Positions 1 to 12,350 are shown, counted from the first letter of the stretch. The stretch is DNA of 64,000 nucleotides from Vicugna vicugna (GCA_013265495.1 MU058198.1:5037779-5101778); one strand, 5' to 3'. The notes: generated by a model from the letters alone, not told the origin. Numbers and translations: made by a program.

Positions 1-544
1 TATCTGATTCTACTGAAACCCAACACAAAAGGAAATCTGTGATTTTCTTAGCCATACAATCTGCAAAGGAAACATCCAAGTCGTTTGAGGTATGCTGGGA
101 GCTCCCAGTTAGGACCATAGCAGTCTGACAGTGACACCCATGGCCCCAGATGCAAGTCAGCATCTTCCTGGGGCTTTGAGGCTAGGGGTGGGAAGTGTTC
201 TTGCTTTCCTTCATGGCTTCTCACAATAGGGATGTAAGGCTTCAAACTGATGTCTCTGTAAATGTTAGGTAATGAGGAAGAGAAACCCCCAGGCATGCTG
301 GCTCCAGCCCTTGTAAGGTGCAGGGGGAATTTTGCTTTAGGTTCGGCTCGGCTGAGGGTAAAACAGTACCACGAAGATGCTGTTCTTTCTCCACTGCTCA
401 GCTCCGTCCTGCACAATGCGTGGCCCTTTCCCAGGTGGGACCTCCTCTTTGGGGTGAATAGAAGGCTGCCGCCAGTGTGGTACTTAATACTTTCCGTGTA
501 AATCAGGCTGGACGGATGTGGGGTGGGATGGGGGTGAGAACTGA

Positions 545-760
545 AACTCAGTAAGCACCACCTGAAGCCCTGCAATATGAGGTTGCAGCTCTGATTGGCC
601 CGGCTTGGGTGATCTTGACCACCTGAGAGCCAATCACTGCTGTGAAGGGAATGCAATAACCTGATTGGCTGAGGCCTGGGTTAGGTGCTCCGCCCAGAGC
701 TGAGATGCGCTGAGGGTGTGGGAGGGTGGATTCCCAAGGGAGGAGTTGGATGGTTACTGA
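545..760 (-). mobile_element. MLT1 (ERVL-MaLR, MLT1K/L-like) LTR fragment
   Basis: ctctgattggcccggcttgggtga...agccaatcactgctgtgaagggaatgcaataacctgattggctgaggcctggg matches the antisense MLT1K/L signature. Confidence 0.6.
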
Positions 761-904
761 AATAACGTGGGGTGGGTAGTGGGCTCCAGCCAGCTTTTAC
801 TTCACACCTCAAGGATATCAGTTCTTGAAATCCCAGTGACTGGACCCAGCAGCTGGATTTGGGGGATGCTGAGAAGCAGCCCCAGCTGGTTCAGAGGCAG
901 TGTG

Positions 905-1140
905 GGGCGAAGCAAGTGCTTTGCTTTGGAAACCAAAACGTGGAGTTCCCGTCTAAGCTGCACGTGAACCTGCTGTGAGACCAAGGGCACGTCGCATAAC
1001 CGCTCCAGGCCGCAGCGCCCCTGTGTGTAAAATGGGAATGTTAATACTGACCTTGCAGTGTTCCTGTTAGGGTACGTGAGATGCTGCATATAGAACACTC
1101 AGTCCTTGGAACATACTATGCACTCAATAAATGTCAGTTG
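905..1140 (+). mobile_element. MIR SINE, near full length
   Basis: core ...gggcacgtcgcataaccgctcc...tgtaaaatgggaatgttaatac and 3' end cactcaataaatgtcagt. Confidence 0.8.
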
Positions 1141-1769
1141 CCTCCCACAGATCCAGGTAACCTGTCTGGCTTCAGAATGCCTCTATTCTTAGTACGTTGT
1201 GTTACTTAACTCTCTTTGTGCTTCTCTTTTCCCTATTATGACCTTGTCACATTTTAATTTTTAGTCTACATGGTCTTGTTTGATATTTTTAATCTTTCAG
1301 GTTTATTTTTTCAATCTTATTATAACTTACTTATTCTCTTTAGTTGCCCATTTTATCTTATTTATATCACCTACATATCCTGCCATTTCATTCAGTATTG
1401 TAAAGAGAACATAATATATGCTGTTTATTAATGAGCCACTGTTTTTATCTTTCCAATACCGCCTGTGAGCTAATGTCTTCTATTAGTAAATGCAGTTAAC
1501 TTGATCCTACTTGTTTATTTTTTTAACCAGTATTCATTTCTTTGTTTGTTTTTCATGGGCAGTCTAAAGACTCAAAATTATGTGTTGTAATAAGGGCACT
1601 GGAAATCTGAACTGCTCAAATACCCCAGCAACATTTAATAATATTCCTTTATAGCCCTTTGCAATTAAAAAATAAATAAAAGGGCTTTAGCAGCCAAGAC
1701 CTTATTTTCATCTTGCAAAGTCTCTGCTAAGAGGAAGAGAAAGAATTAAGGCCCAGGGAACTGTCCCTT

Positions 1770-1852
1770 CTTGCCTAAAATCACACAGCTGAATGGGGGA
1801 ACCAGCATTATCTTTCTGTTCTTTTGACTCAGAGTCCATTGTTCTTTCCACT
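1770..1852 (-). mobile_element. MIR fragment
   Basis: ttgcctaaaatcacacagct...tgactcagagtccattgttctttccact. Confidence 0.55.
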
Positions 1853-2199
1853 TCAGCACGTGCTTTTACCCAAGCACCATGTCCCTGTTGAATGAAAACA
1901 AATCCTTTTGAACCGGACTTCACTGTTTTTTTTAATGCCTTTTAAATCCCATTAACATCAACTTTCCCAGAATGTTCTTCCCTAATCCCGTTCATCAAAG
2001 ACAGTGTAGTGTTCACAGCAGGCTAAGGATGTGTCAGATATCACAGCGGATTCTTTTGTGAATCGTGCTATTTTTCTCCAGCTAATAAATAGTGCTTTTC
2101 GAGAAAGCACGGCCTTGTGGAAAGATTATGACTTTTGCAGTCAGAAAAAAAGGACATTTATATCTTGGCTCTATCACTTTTTAGCTTTGTGGTGACTCA

Positions 2200-2640
2200 G
2201 TGAATCAAGACATTATCTGCACAGGGGACAGCAGCCCAATGTGAAGTGATTTAAATAAACAGAGGGATCTTATCAGTCTCTGTATCTATAAAGTCCAAGG
2301 ACAGGTTTTGCTTCAGGTATGGCAGGATCCAGGGGCTCAAACTGCACAGTCAAGACGCTGTCTTTTGCCCTAGTTCTTGAAAATGCTTTGTTTATTCAGC
2401 TTGATTCTGTTAGCTCTAGGCTTAACACTTACCAGCTCACTTACCTGCCTGGAAAAAAACTTCTGTTTTTCAACAATTCCAACAAAATTTAAAAATTTGC
2501 TCCAGTAGGACTGACCAGAGTCCCATGTCTATCCTGAACCAATCACTGTGGTGAGGGGATGAAACAAAGTGATGCCTCAGCCATGTGCCCATGCCTGGAT
2601 ACACAAGGACTAAGAATAGGGGTTTATGGTTTCTCAAAGA
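2200..2640 (-). mobile_element. MLT1K-like solo LTR
   Basis: gcttcaggtatggcaggatccaggggctcaaac and cctgaaccaatcactgtggtgagggga motifs. Confidence 0.7.
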
Positions 2641-3519
2641 GAAATCAGAGTGCTGAAAGGAGAGAACAGGCCGGAAAATGCATCAGGAAACTTAACCTTG
2701 AACAAGTCAAACTTGCTGAGCTGAAGTCTCCTCATTTCTAAGACAGGAAGAATGACGTGCACTGTTTTTTTATTTTGTTTTCTGTTTTGGGGTATTGGAA
2801 GTACTTTGCACATAGTAGGTGAACAGTAAATGTGAATTTTTCTCTCTTCTGCTGATGCTCCCAATTTCCATTTTCCCCAGACTGTACCAGGACTGTATAT
2901 TCGAACAGTGACTGTGTGCCACCTTGCTAAGAGCACGTTTGCTTCAGTTGATTTGTTCTTCCTTCTTGTAAAAAATGGTATATTTGTAGCTCAGATAGAC
3001 CAGGAGATAATCAGTATAAATAATGATACAGGAAGTTTTTCCTTGGCTGAGAACTAGCAAAGAAATGTGATCAGAGACCAGGTAAGATTTGAGACCAAAT
3101 GCCTTCTGATTATGGGTTATAGCAATTCTCTGCAGACAGTGGTGATGACAGCACTATCCCCCGATACCTTCATAGGGTCTAAGAATCCTCCACTTGTTAT
3201 GTGGTTGCTTTGCATCTGTCCCCCTCAACCAGAGGGCTGGGGTAAGACTAAGGACAAGATAAAGTGTCGAGAGAGTTTTATAGCTTCTGGGTATTTTGTG
3301 TGGTTTCAGCGTCTGGAGATATTTATAACCTAGGATTTTGACTATATTATTATTTCTTTGCATTATATTTTAATCTGTCAAAAATTTAATATACACTATA
3401 AGATAATGGGTTCCCCCCCACCCAGATAATAGGCAGCACCATTTATTAAATGAAACTATGCTTTGGTTACTACAGATAATACATATTATCTCAAGGCTCA
3501 TTACTGCACCCCCTCATCC

Positions 3520-4190
3520 ATTTATTTATTTGTTTTAGCACTGCATTGTTTTGATCATGGTAATTTCATAGTATGTTTTAATACCTTGCAAGGCAAGTCA
3601 TTGCTCACTATTCTTCTTGACTCATATTGTTGGTTATTCTGGGGAATTTGTTCCTCCATATAAAAAAGTAATCTTTTATAAAATCAAAAAAAAATTTGGT
3701 ATTCAAATTGAAAGTTCATTGAATTAATATGGTGATTTTTCAGTTGATATATTAATGCATAAGTCATTCCATCCATGGACATAATATAGCTTCCTCCTTA
3801 TTGATGTGTAGAATGATTCTTAAACACAGTTTTATAGATTTCTTTATATACCTCCCATAGCATTTGTGTTTAATGCATTTCTAAGTATTTCTTTTATCCT
3901 GTTTATGATTTTTTTTCTATTTTTTCATTCTAGTTTGTGAGTGCTTGATTTAGAAAATGTATTGATTTTTGTATATTTATCTTAGATCCAGCCACTTTGT
4001 CAAATCAAAATGGTTTATCTAGATAATCATATCAGCAAAGAGAAAAGAAGTTCTCTTCTTTTCCAGTAGTTCAGCAATTTATTTTTCTTGTCTTACTGTA
4101 TTTTTAAAACCTCCAAGGAAATGTAAAATAATACTAATAGTGCAGATCATCCTTACCTTGTCTTGATTTCAGAGAAGTGGTTTTTGAGAA
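3520..4190 (-). mobile_element. Ancient L1 (L1M) ORF2 region, decayed
   Basis: T-rich antisense L1 motifs: attgatttttgtatatttatcttagatccagccacttt, ataatcatatcagcaaa, catccttaccttgtcttgattt. Confidence 0.65.
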
Positions 4191-4199
4191 TTTAAAGAG

Positions 4200-4272
4200 G
4201 GTGGTCTTGGTTTCCATGTGTCACTTAAATTTCCAAATCCACAGTTCCTTTAGTCATTTCTCAAATGGCATG
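4200..4272 (-). mobile_element. L3/CR1 LINE, downstream part
   Basis: reverse complement catgccatttgagaaatgactaaaggaactgtggatt continues the L3 consensus broken off at ~4795. Confidence 0.55.
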
Positions 4273-4274
4273 CT

Positions 4275-4790
4275 GAATTAGCTAGAAATCTTTCAGTGGA
4301 GAATGGCAAAAACTGAACTCAAACTTCTTGAAGAGCATTGTAGATTCACATAACTGAAAAGTTCGTACTGACGTCAGGATTGGACCGCAGTTCTTATTAA
4401 TGGCATCCGGAACCAGTCCCTCTTCATCTCTTATCTACGATGTTTTCTCCACTGGCTTCTTGGTCACAGTGTCCCCTAGTAGTTCCAGACTTAGGTCCCC
4501 TCAACTTTGCCATCTTAGCAGGAAGTGAATGTTCTTCTAATAGTTCTAACTCGTCTTGACTCAATTTGGTTATCATGAGCCTAAAATCTAATCAGTTATT
4601 TTTCTCCAGGAGGATAAAACTGTGATCGGATATGCCTGGATCACGTAGCCATTGCTCTGGCTGATTTTTAAGGCCTAACATGTGCTAAGAATGGTGTATG
4701 TGTGTGAGGGTTGGTGTTGGTGGGGCACAGATGCTTCCCCAAGGAGAAATGAATTGTTTCCCCAAAGAATGAGAAGAAGCAAAACAATAG
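4275..4790 (-). mobile_element. MLT1K-like LTR inserted in L3
   Basis: aaactgaactcaaact...ttcacataactgaaaagt...gcctggatcacgtagcca. Confidence 0.6.
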
Positions 4791-4794
4791 ATTC

Positions 4795-5030
4795 CACCAA
4801 GTGACTCCTCCTTATCCTAGTCTTCCTCTGGATATGTTCTCTTTCTTTTAAAAAATTGATATTCCTTCCTTTAAAACTGAGCACTGTATCAAAGTGTGCC
4901 TACCAGAGCACTGCAGAGGGACACTGCCATCTTCTTCTTTGTAGATAGTAAGCTTCTCCAATATAACCTAAGATTACATCACATTTTTTACTAAAAACAT
5001 CACATTTCTGAGTCATAAGGAATTCATATG
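4795..5030 (-). mobile_element. L3/CR1 LINE ORF2 remnant
   Basis: ORF 4900..5124 peptide MTQKCDVFSKKCDVILGYIG resembles CR1 SQQCxxAAKKANxILGCI; followed by catatccagaggaagactaggat (VQRRATRM-like). Confidence 0.75.
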
Positions 5031-5399
5031 GCATAATTAATATCACAGGCATTACTACTTTCCTGGTCTTACCTACCAAAGTTTGGTGCCACATCCAGGT
5101 GTTTTCAGAATCCACTCTAATCACTCCAGATTATTGGAATATTTTTCATTCCTGGCCCTGACATTTAATCCTTCTTTTCATTCTTCCCAGATCTGTGCCA
5201 TTTGATGAATATTTGCTTCCTTCCTATGTTCATACGTCCAAGCCTTTCTCCCCAGATTCCCGTTGCCTGGGATGGACTTTCCTCTCTTGACCATTTGATG
5301 AATCGACATCAGACTCTGAGAACTAGCAACGTGCCCCTGCGGAAGAGCCCTGATAAGTTTGTATGATTTCTCTCTGAATATCTATCACATTATGCTTTA

Positions 5400-6010
5400 A
5401 AAGAATGCTCCAAAACAGGTTCCATGACACAAGATTTTTGTTCCTTGAAGTTCTGATAGAGTTCACTTCTGAAGCTTTTTGAGCCTCTGTTTCTTTCTTG
5501 CATAATGGAATTGCCTCTGCATCTGAGACTGTTTTTCCATTCTTACTTCAGTCCTGCCAATTCAGACTTTCCTCTTCTTCTCCTGATGAGGTGAACAGAT
5601 GGTTTTTCAGAAAACTACGTTTGGGATTGTGTTCACTGATTCAAGTATTTTTCTTCTGTTCTGTAATCTAGTAATTTCTGCTTTTATCTTTTAATTTGCT
5701 GCCATCTGTTTTCCTTGCACATATCTTGTTCTTTTTTCTAGATCCTTATATTAAACATAATTTATTTTCATTTGTATAGCTTAGAATTCATAACATGTAG
5801 AACTATGAGTTTTCCTCTGAGAACTGCTTTAGATGCATCCTAAGGGTTCTCAAAAATTCATATTGAACTTTCTGTTTAAAGTACAATTTTAGATAGTTAT
5901 GTACTTGTCTCTTCTACCTGACTATTCGTGAGCAGGGTTGAACAGTTTGTGCAGCAATATGTGAGCACAGAATCTAAAAAATGCTCATCTGTTCTGTAGA
6001 TAAATGTGCA
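5400..6010 (-). mobile_element. Ancient L1 fragment
   Basis: ctatgagttttcctctgagaactgctttagatgcatcc is antisense to the L1 ORF2 WDAAKAVLRGKFI region. Confidence 0.55.
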
Positions 6011-6044
6011 CGATGTTGAAAGTAAATGTCTGTATTACGCCCAG

Positions 6045-6620
6045 TCTGTTATCATGCTGGGATGTCAGCAACACAGGCTAGCATGAAAAAGGTGACAACA
6101 CTAATGCAGTTTGTAAGATACAGACTCACTTCTAGCTTCAGCAACACAGGTAATGAAGGCTTCAGGCATGGTTGGAATCAGGTGCTTAAACGAGGCCATC
6201 TCTTACTCTCTTTTTCTCTCACACACTCACTTTAAGTTAGGGCTACATTTTCCCTCTTTCTCGAGAAGGATCACTCAACATCGTGATAAGATGCTCTTCC
6301 TCCACAGATCCAAACATATGTGCTCCTCATAATTCACAAAGCTCAAAAAAAAAAGAGAGAGAGAGAGAGAGCTGTCCTAAGGGTCCAGAGGAAGTCCAGG
6401 ATGGCCTGACTTGGGATGTGTACACATCCTTGATTGCACTTGTGTGGCTAAGGGAAGGAAGGACCTTGTTGGACATCCCTGGTCCCTGATGATACCTGTG
6501 GAACCAGAGAAGTGGGATCTATCCCCTGAAAACCCAGAGGATTGAGCCGCATTCATAAAGAATTGAGGGAGGGCATTTCCCAAAGGAGTAGATGATAGAC
6601 CGGCAAAGAGATTTCTCCAA
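6045..6620 (-). mobile_element. MLT1K/L-like LTR, decayed
   Basis: ggcttcaggcatggttggaatcaggtgcttaaac; ggcctgacttgggatgtgtacacatccttg. Confidence 0.5.
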
Positions 6621-6769
6621 AGGCTGGTCCCTGGGTGGTCAGCCAGGCAGAGTACAGTGACTGTGTGGATTCTCGAGGGAGAGTCAAAATGCAGAGACAC
6701 TGAATGCCGCACTGGAAATATCTGGGCTTCCTGGACACATCACCTTGAGAAAAACAGAGTAGACATACA

Positions 6770-7395
6770 TGATATCCAATGAGGAAATGAGTAATTTGAA
6801 TCTAACTATGAGGAAACGTCAGATAAACCCCGAATGAGGGACGTTCTATTTAAAAGATAAAAAAGGACTGTGTTCTTGAAAGCATGTCAATGTTATAAAA
6901 GGTAGGGAAAGGTTGTGGCAATGTTCCAGATTAAAAGAGACTAAAAAAGACATAACTAAATGCAACCTCTGATCCTCAAGTAGATCCTGTACTAAAGGAA
7001 GGGGAAAAAGCAGTAAAGGACTCTATTGGGTCAGTTGACAATATTGGAGTTCGGACAGTAGATTTGATTAAAATATTGGATCGGTGTTAAATTTAGTGAC
7101 GATGATAACTGTACTGTGGATCTATAAACACACTTCCTATTCTTAGAAATAGACGCTGAGCTGTTTAAAGGTAAAAGACCATGGTATGTACAATATATTC
7201 TAAAACTGGTGTGGGAAATGACAGTCTATGTGTCTGTGTGAATATTTATATAGAGCAAATGATAAAGCAGGAGAGACCGAATGTTGACAATAGGCAAATC
7301 CGAGTACAGGTATTTTGTGTGTGTGCTGTTTTTAATTCCTGCAACTTTTCTCAAACTTTGACATTAGCTCCAAATAAGAAGTCTTAAAAAAAAAA
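6770..7395 (+). mobile_element. L1MC4/L1ME-type 3' UTR with poly(A)
   Basis: atgaggaaacgtcagataaaccccgaatgagggacgttct...gttccagattaaaagagactaaa...ctaaatgcaac; ends in an A run at ~7386-7395. Confidence 0.8.
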
Positions 7396-7679
7396 TTGGG
7401 ATTTATCTTTCTTGAGGCAATAACAAAGTAATTGAGATTTTTCAACAAGCTTGTGATACAATAAGGTATGTTTTAAAATCCATTTGGAAAGATACTGCAA
7501 TTAATATAAACTCGGCCCTGATTCAGAAGGCGATTGATTTTATCCTGTTTGTGAAGATATCACACCATCCTCTTATTGGTTGTCCGAGGGCGTTTTTAAA
7601 GGGATTCCAGAAAGGGTTTCCTGACTGCTCGCACCGACTGTGCCGTTTTCTCCAAGGATTTGAAATGTTTTTTGAAGAG

Positions 7680-8240
7680 AGATTACTCTGGTTACGATGG
7701 GGAGGGCAGATTAGGAAGGAAAGGACCTGGGGGTTGGGGGGATGTTGAGGGGGCTATTGGCGATAGTTCAGCCAGGAAATAATGAAAGAAGAGAAGAGAG
7801 GATGTCTTTGAGCGATATTTTAAGGGAAAGTTGCCAGGACTTGGTAACTAATTGAACAAAGGGGCCAGGGCAAGAAAAATGGCAAAGCCAAGTTATCTGT
7901 TTTGACCTCTTGAGTGAAGGATAATGGCAGTAATAGAACTGAAATACCAGTAGCGGGGTAGGTGGCTGGGGGTTCTGGAGCAGCATGGAAAAGACAGAGA
8001 TTACTCTGGTGTTACCGCTTCTGCGGGATTTCCAGTTGCATGTATTTAGCAGGAAATTGGAATTAAAGGTACAGTGTTCAGAGAAGAGTCAAAACTCCCT
8101 GTGATGTCTGGGGACCATCATTGCGTAAGTGGTCATTAAAGCCTTGGGAATGGTTGGGATTACTCAAAAAAAAAAAAAAAGTAGAGGTATAAAAAAAAGA
8201 GAGGGACTAATTTAGGAGTCTATGAATACTGCTTTTTATG
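7680..8240 (-). mobile_element. L2 LINE fragment
   Basis: caggacttggtaactaattgaa; gtaagtggtcattaaagccttgggaatggttgggattactc. Confidence 0.7.
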
Positions 8241-8689
8241 GACCACTCCAGAGCATCTGGGACGATATATATTCACTACACTTGAAATGTATCTTATGAG
8301 GCCAAGGGGGACAAAGTCAGGCAAAGTTCTAGTTTGTTTGCTATAGAGGAAGTAAACCAAACGTAGTGGAAAGGGTTAAGAGCTAAATTCCTTGCTGACT
8401 GGAAATCCGGCGTTAGCTGACAAATCCAGATGCATGGTGGGAAAATGGGCTTAGATCTTTGGAAAAATCCAGAAACACGAGCTACTGAACATTTGGACTT
8501 AGAACGAGCACAAGATTTGGGTTATTCAGTGTTTCCAGAGAAAAGGCTTTAGATTCCCAAATGCATCCTCAGAATTCCTTCCTTGGAAACAGTTCACAGG
8601 AGAAGGGTTTGCAAATAGTGTTAACATGCTCGGCAGGCTCCCATCAGTAAAGATTTCCTTCTTGTTCCCATCAGACAAGACAGTAGATT

Positions 8690-9330
8690 GGTTAAGCCTC
8701 CTTCAGACAGAAGGGACAGAAACCCAACTCCAAATGACAAATGAATTTATTGACTCAGAACTAACAACCAGGGTTTGTATAATATAATGTTTTAAACTTG
8801 TAGGCTCCAGAGCTAAACCACCTGAGTTAGAATCTTTGATCCACTCCTTATTTAACTTGTCTCAACAATTTTCTCATCAGTAAAACAGAGATAATTATAG
8901 TCCCTTCATCACAGGGCTGCAGTGAGGGTTCATTGATTTAATATAAGTAAATCTCTTAGAACAGGGGCTGACACATAGTAATTGCTCAGTGAGTGTTTGC
9001 TAATGTTATCCAGGGATAGCTGGCTTCAGGTGTGGCTGGATCTTAGTTCTTCAACGATGCCCATCGTGAATCTGCCTCTTATTTTTTGGACTAGCTTTCC
9101 TATTGACTCTATTCTCAGGCATTCTCTCTGCTGGGGAAAGATGACCACCAGAAACTACAGGCTTGGATGCTACCAGTTTAGCAGTCCCAGCAGGAGGAAC
9201 ATGTCTTTTGCTGAACACTTCCAGCCAAAGTTGCAAGGGTGACTTTCATTGGAACAGCTAGGTGGTATGGCCATCCCCAAGCTGGTCACTACAGGCAGTG
9301 GGATGAACTGGACTGACTGTGTCCCCCTTC
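8690..9330 (-). mobile_element. MLT1K-like LTR, split by a MIR
   Basis: gacagaaacccaactcc...aatttattgactcag before 8775; ggcttcaggtgtggctggatc resumes at ~9010. Confidence 0.7.
8778..9008 (+). mobile_element. MIR SINE nested in MLT1
   Basis: ttctcatcagtaaaacagagataattatagt...cagggctgcagtgaggg...gacacatagtaattgctcagt. Confidence 0.8.
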
Positions 9331-9849
9331 TGAAGGCACAGATTGTATTTGATTCCATCTCTTCCATGTTGGTGATATTTTAAGCGTAGCATTTGACAGG
9401 GTGGGTTGGAGTCAGGGGGAGGAGGTGCCTGGCAGTGCAGTGTGGGACAAGGAGATTTTTAACCAACGATGCTGTGCGTAGCTCCATGCAGTGTGCCCAC
9501 CCCTTTTAAAGCCTGGAACCTCCATGTTCTGAGCCTTCCTTGCTTCTTTGGAACACATTTGCTTGTTCTTTTTGGTCCCCGCCAGTGTGGGTGCTGAGTT
9601 CCAGTTTTTTCCATCCTGCCAAGTCAGTTTCCTCCCCTCGTCTTGTCCCGTTCTCCAGTTCTCTTTGTCCATGTGTGCTTTTATACATGTTTAACAAACC
9701 TAGAAAGTAGAGTTTAACATGTCTTTACAGTCCTTTTAGTGGTCTTTCTGGAAGGAAAGAAGATACATGCACCTGTTCACTCCACCTTGTAGTCCTGAGT
9801 CCCTGCAGAAGGTTTTTGTTAAGGCAGGGGTCGTTGCCATGCTCACAGA

Positions 9850-10100
9850 CAAGGTTCTTGAGTATAACAGATTTCCAGCAATAAGGTGTGTTGGATAAAT
9901 TGGAGGGACTATGGATTATGTGTACTCCCCTGAGCTGTAAGGACACTTCTTCCTCTACCATTGACCTGTCACACACCAGAAGCATGCATTAAGAGCAGCT
10001 GATAAACAAACTGGCTGTTAAGTACCTACAAGGATGTTGTGGGAAGGACAACGTTTGGTAGAGAGACATTTACAAGGTTTAAGATCATGTGTCCAATTCT
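9850..10100 (+). mobile_element. L3/MIR3-type 3' end, highly decayed
   Basis: weak similarity: aaggatgttgtgggaagga...ccaattct. Confidence 0.35.
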
Positions 10101-11603
10101 ATCCAACAGAAATAAAAGAGCCCTCAGATGAAATCTGAGAACACAGCACAAGAAGCAGACACTTAACTTCTTTTTTTTTTTTTTCTGGCATTTTAAAGTA
10201 ATTTTAATTTTTAGTGAGTGAATCTAGGACATGGTTAAAGAAATCAACACGATCTGTAGGCTTATAAAAAACAGTACTTTTCTGCCCTGCCGCCTTTCAC
10301 ACCACACAGGCCGATTCTCCAAAAATGTCTGTATAAAATCCTTTTACAAGCAGACGCTTCACTTCTATGGGCACTCCTGGAAGCAGGCATTTCTTGAGAC
10401 AGCTCATGGCCAGGTCTGTGTTGTTACACATTTGAAACAGTGTCCTCTACATGCTGACAGCATCACTAGCAGAGCTAGCCTATGGCATATGCAGGTCAGT
10501 AAGACACAAAGTATTCACTGGGGCTTGATTCCCCACCAAGGAGCTTTAAGTCATTTTGGTAAAATCCATCGCCTGCCAAAATGGTAGAATGTAGTGTGGG
10601 ATATGGCACTTGGTCTCTAAATTAAAATACCTATTCAGAGTGGTTTCTCGATTCCATTTTTTTCAGACGTCTCAGTCTGTTGTTTACACCTAAACTGGGA
10701 AGATATTTCTGGGTGGTTTTTTTTTTTTCCCCATAAGCATCGGATCAGTGCCTATGGTTCGTATTCAGAGTTAACCCGTTTTTATTGTTAACGCCTGTGG
10801 TTTTTGTATTTGTTGTTTAATATCCCAGTTCATCTTCCCGTTTAATATCCTTTCTTTCAAGCATAAAATTTCCTTGTCTATGCTGAAATAGCATTTTAAA
10901 GAAAAGGGATTCCCACGTGAATGTACATTGGTAGGGCTAAAAGCAAAGATCAGGGCAAGGTGAATGCCAAACTCTACTTTCTAGGTTTGTCCAGGGGCTG
11001 GTTAAGACCCACACTGGGAGGAAGTGCTCAGGGCGGTTTGGGAAATCAATGGAAAAGTGGAAAAGTGAAATTTCTTAATAATGCAGCCCATCCTGAAAAC
11101 TTAGGTGACTTTGTTGTTACTCGATAATATAATGAGTTTTATTTTGAGTGATGCTGGATTTAATGGCTAAATCAATATGTGTATTTAGCGCTGGGCTTTA
11201 TTTCCGCGCTAAGTGACAGGAGATAAGCAGCCTTAGATTGTGTTAATTGGTTTGTGTTTAGCATTTACGCTAATCAGCAGTAGCAGGGGTGCCCTGGGCC
11301 ACTTCAGGCCTGGTAATGGGGTTTATCTAAACCAGCCTTTGTTTACATTATTGACTGGAGTGCAATTGCTCCTGTTTCTTATACACTTGAACGTTAAGCT
11401 GGATTTGCAAGTGTAACTCAAGACCTTCCGCCTTAGGAAGAATCAGCCCTTAGGAACAAGTCAAATCAAGTGAAAACCAAGCACTTATCATGTCATCCCC
11501 GCCGTTAGGGTAGCTGTGAGGGGTGATGAAACCCGGAGAAGACTTAGCCGGGTAAAGAAACCTTTCAACCAGAGATAAGAGCTTGAAGGACCACGGGTTA
11601 AGC

Positions 11604-11822
11604 CAGGATCTCTCCTCGTTGGCACTATGGCCCCTTGGGGCTGAATAATTCTTTGTGGTGAGGGGCTGCCCTGCGCTTGGTAGGATGTTTAGAAGCATCC
11701 CTGGCTTCTATACACCAGATTAGATCAGCATTTCCTGCCCCCAGCTGTGACAACCAGGAATGTCCCCAGACATTGACAAGTGTCTCCTGGGGGCCAGAGT
11801 CACACCCGGTTAAGAACCACTG
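11604..11822 (-). mobile_element. MER20 (hAT-Charlie) full length
   Basis: gtgacaaccaggaatgtccccagacattgacaagtgtctcctggggg...aagaaccactg terminus; degenerate 8-bp TSD ggttaagc / ggttaaat. Confidence 0.9.
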
Positions 11823-11899
11823 GGTTAAATGAGGCTTCCGTACAGCTTTGGTCTCTTCAGAGATTGCTTATCTACCCTCTATCTGTCTATCTGTCTAAA

Positions 11900-12126
11900 G
11901 ATGCTAGCATTTTAACAGCTTGGAGATAATCACATAGTTATTTGGATTTGGGGATTCTCTTGAAATATCCAGCGATCTGTCCTCAGTACACGGCAGTCAC
12001 CCGTAGGAGCTGATTAGTAGCTGCCCCCTTTCAAAACAACGTGTTCTCCAGGTCCGCTCTCGACTCTGCTTCTCCCACCTTTGCCCTGCACAGGCTCCTG
12101 GAGGTATTTGCTTTTGTAAGACCTGC
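11900..12126 (-). mobile_element. MER102-like hAT fossil
   Basis: ttctcttgaaatatccagcgatctg...tagtagctgccccctttcaaaac...gtgttctccag. Confidence 0.6.
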
Positions 12127-12174
12127 TTTAAACTTTGCACCACCTGAAGCTGATTGGTTAGCCTCGGGAAGATC

Positions 12175-12350
12175 TGAGATCTGACAGAACTGGATTCAGA
12201 TCTTAGCTTTACCAATCACCTGCTCTGGGACTTCGGGGTGTCTCCGTTTCCTTATCTGGTTTAGCGTCTGCACACATTAGCAAAATGGGAATGCTCCCTG
12301 GTACGGCTGAGGGAAGTAGAAGGGACAATATCTGAAAGCACCCTAGAACT
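12175..12350 (+). mobile_element. MIR
   Basis: gacagaactggattcagatcttagctttacca...aaaatgggaat. Confidence 0.6.

Noticed and set aside
48..656. Longest ORF (202 aa, minus strand)
   Set aside because: Starts inside an MLT1 LTR, no recognisable domain, composition typical of a chance ORF
2092..2110. Hairpin gtgcttt-tcgag-aaagcac
   Set aside because: A 7-bp stem is expected by chance in 64 kb and has no supporting context
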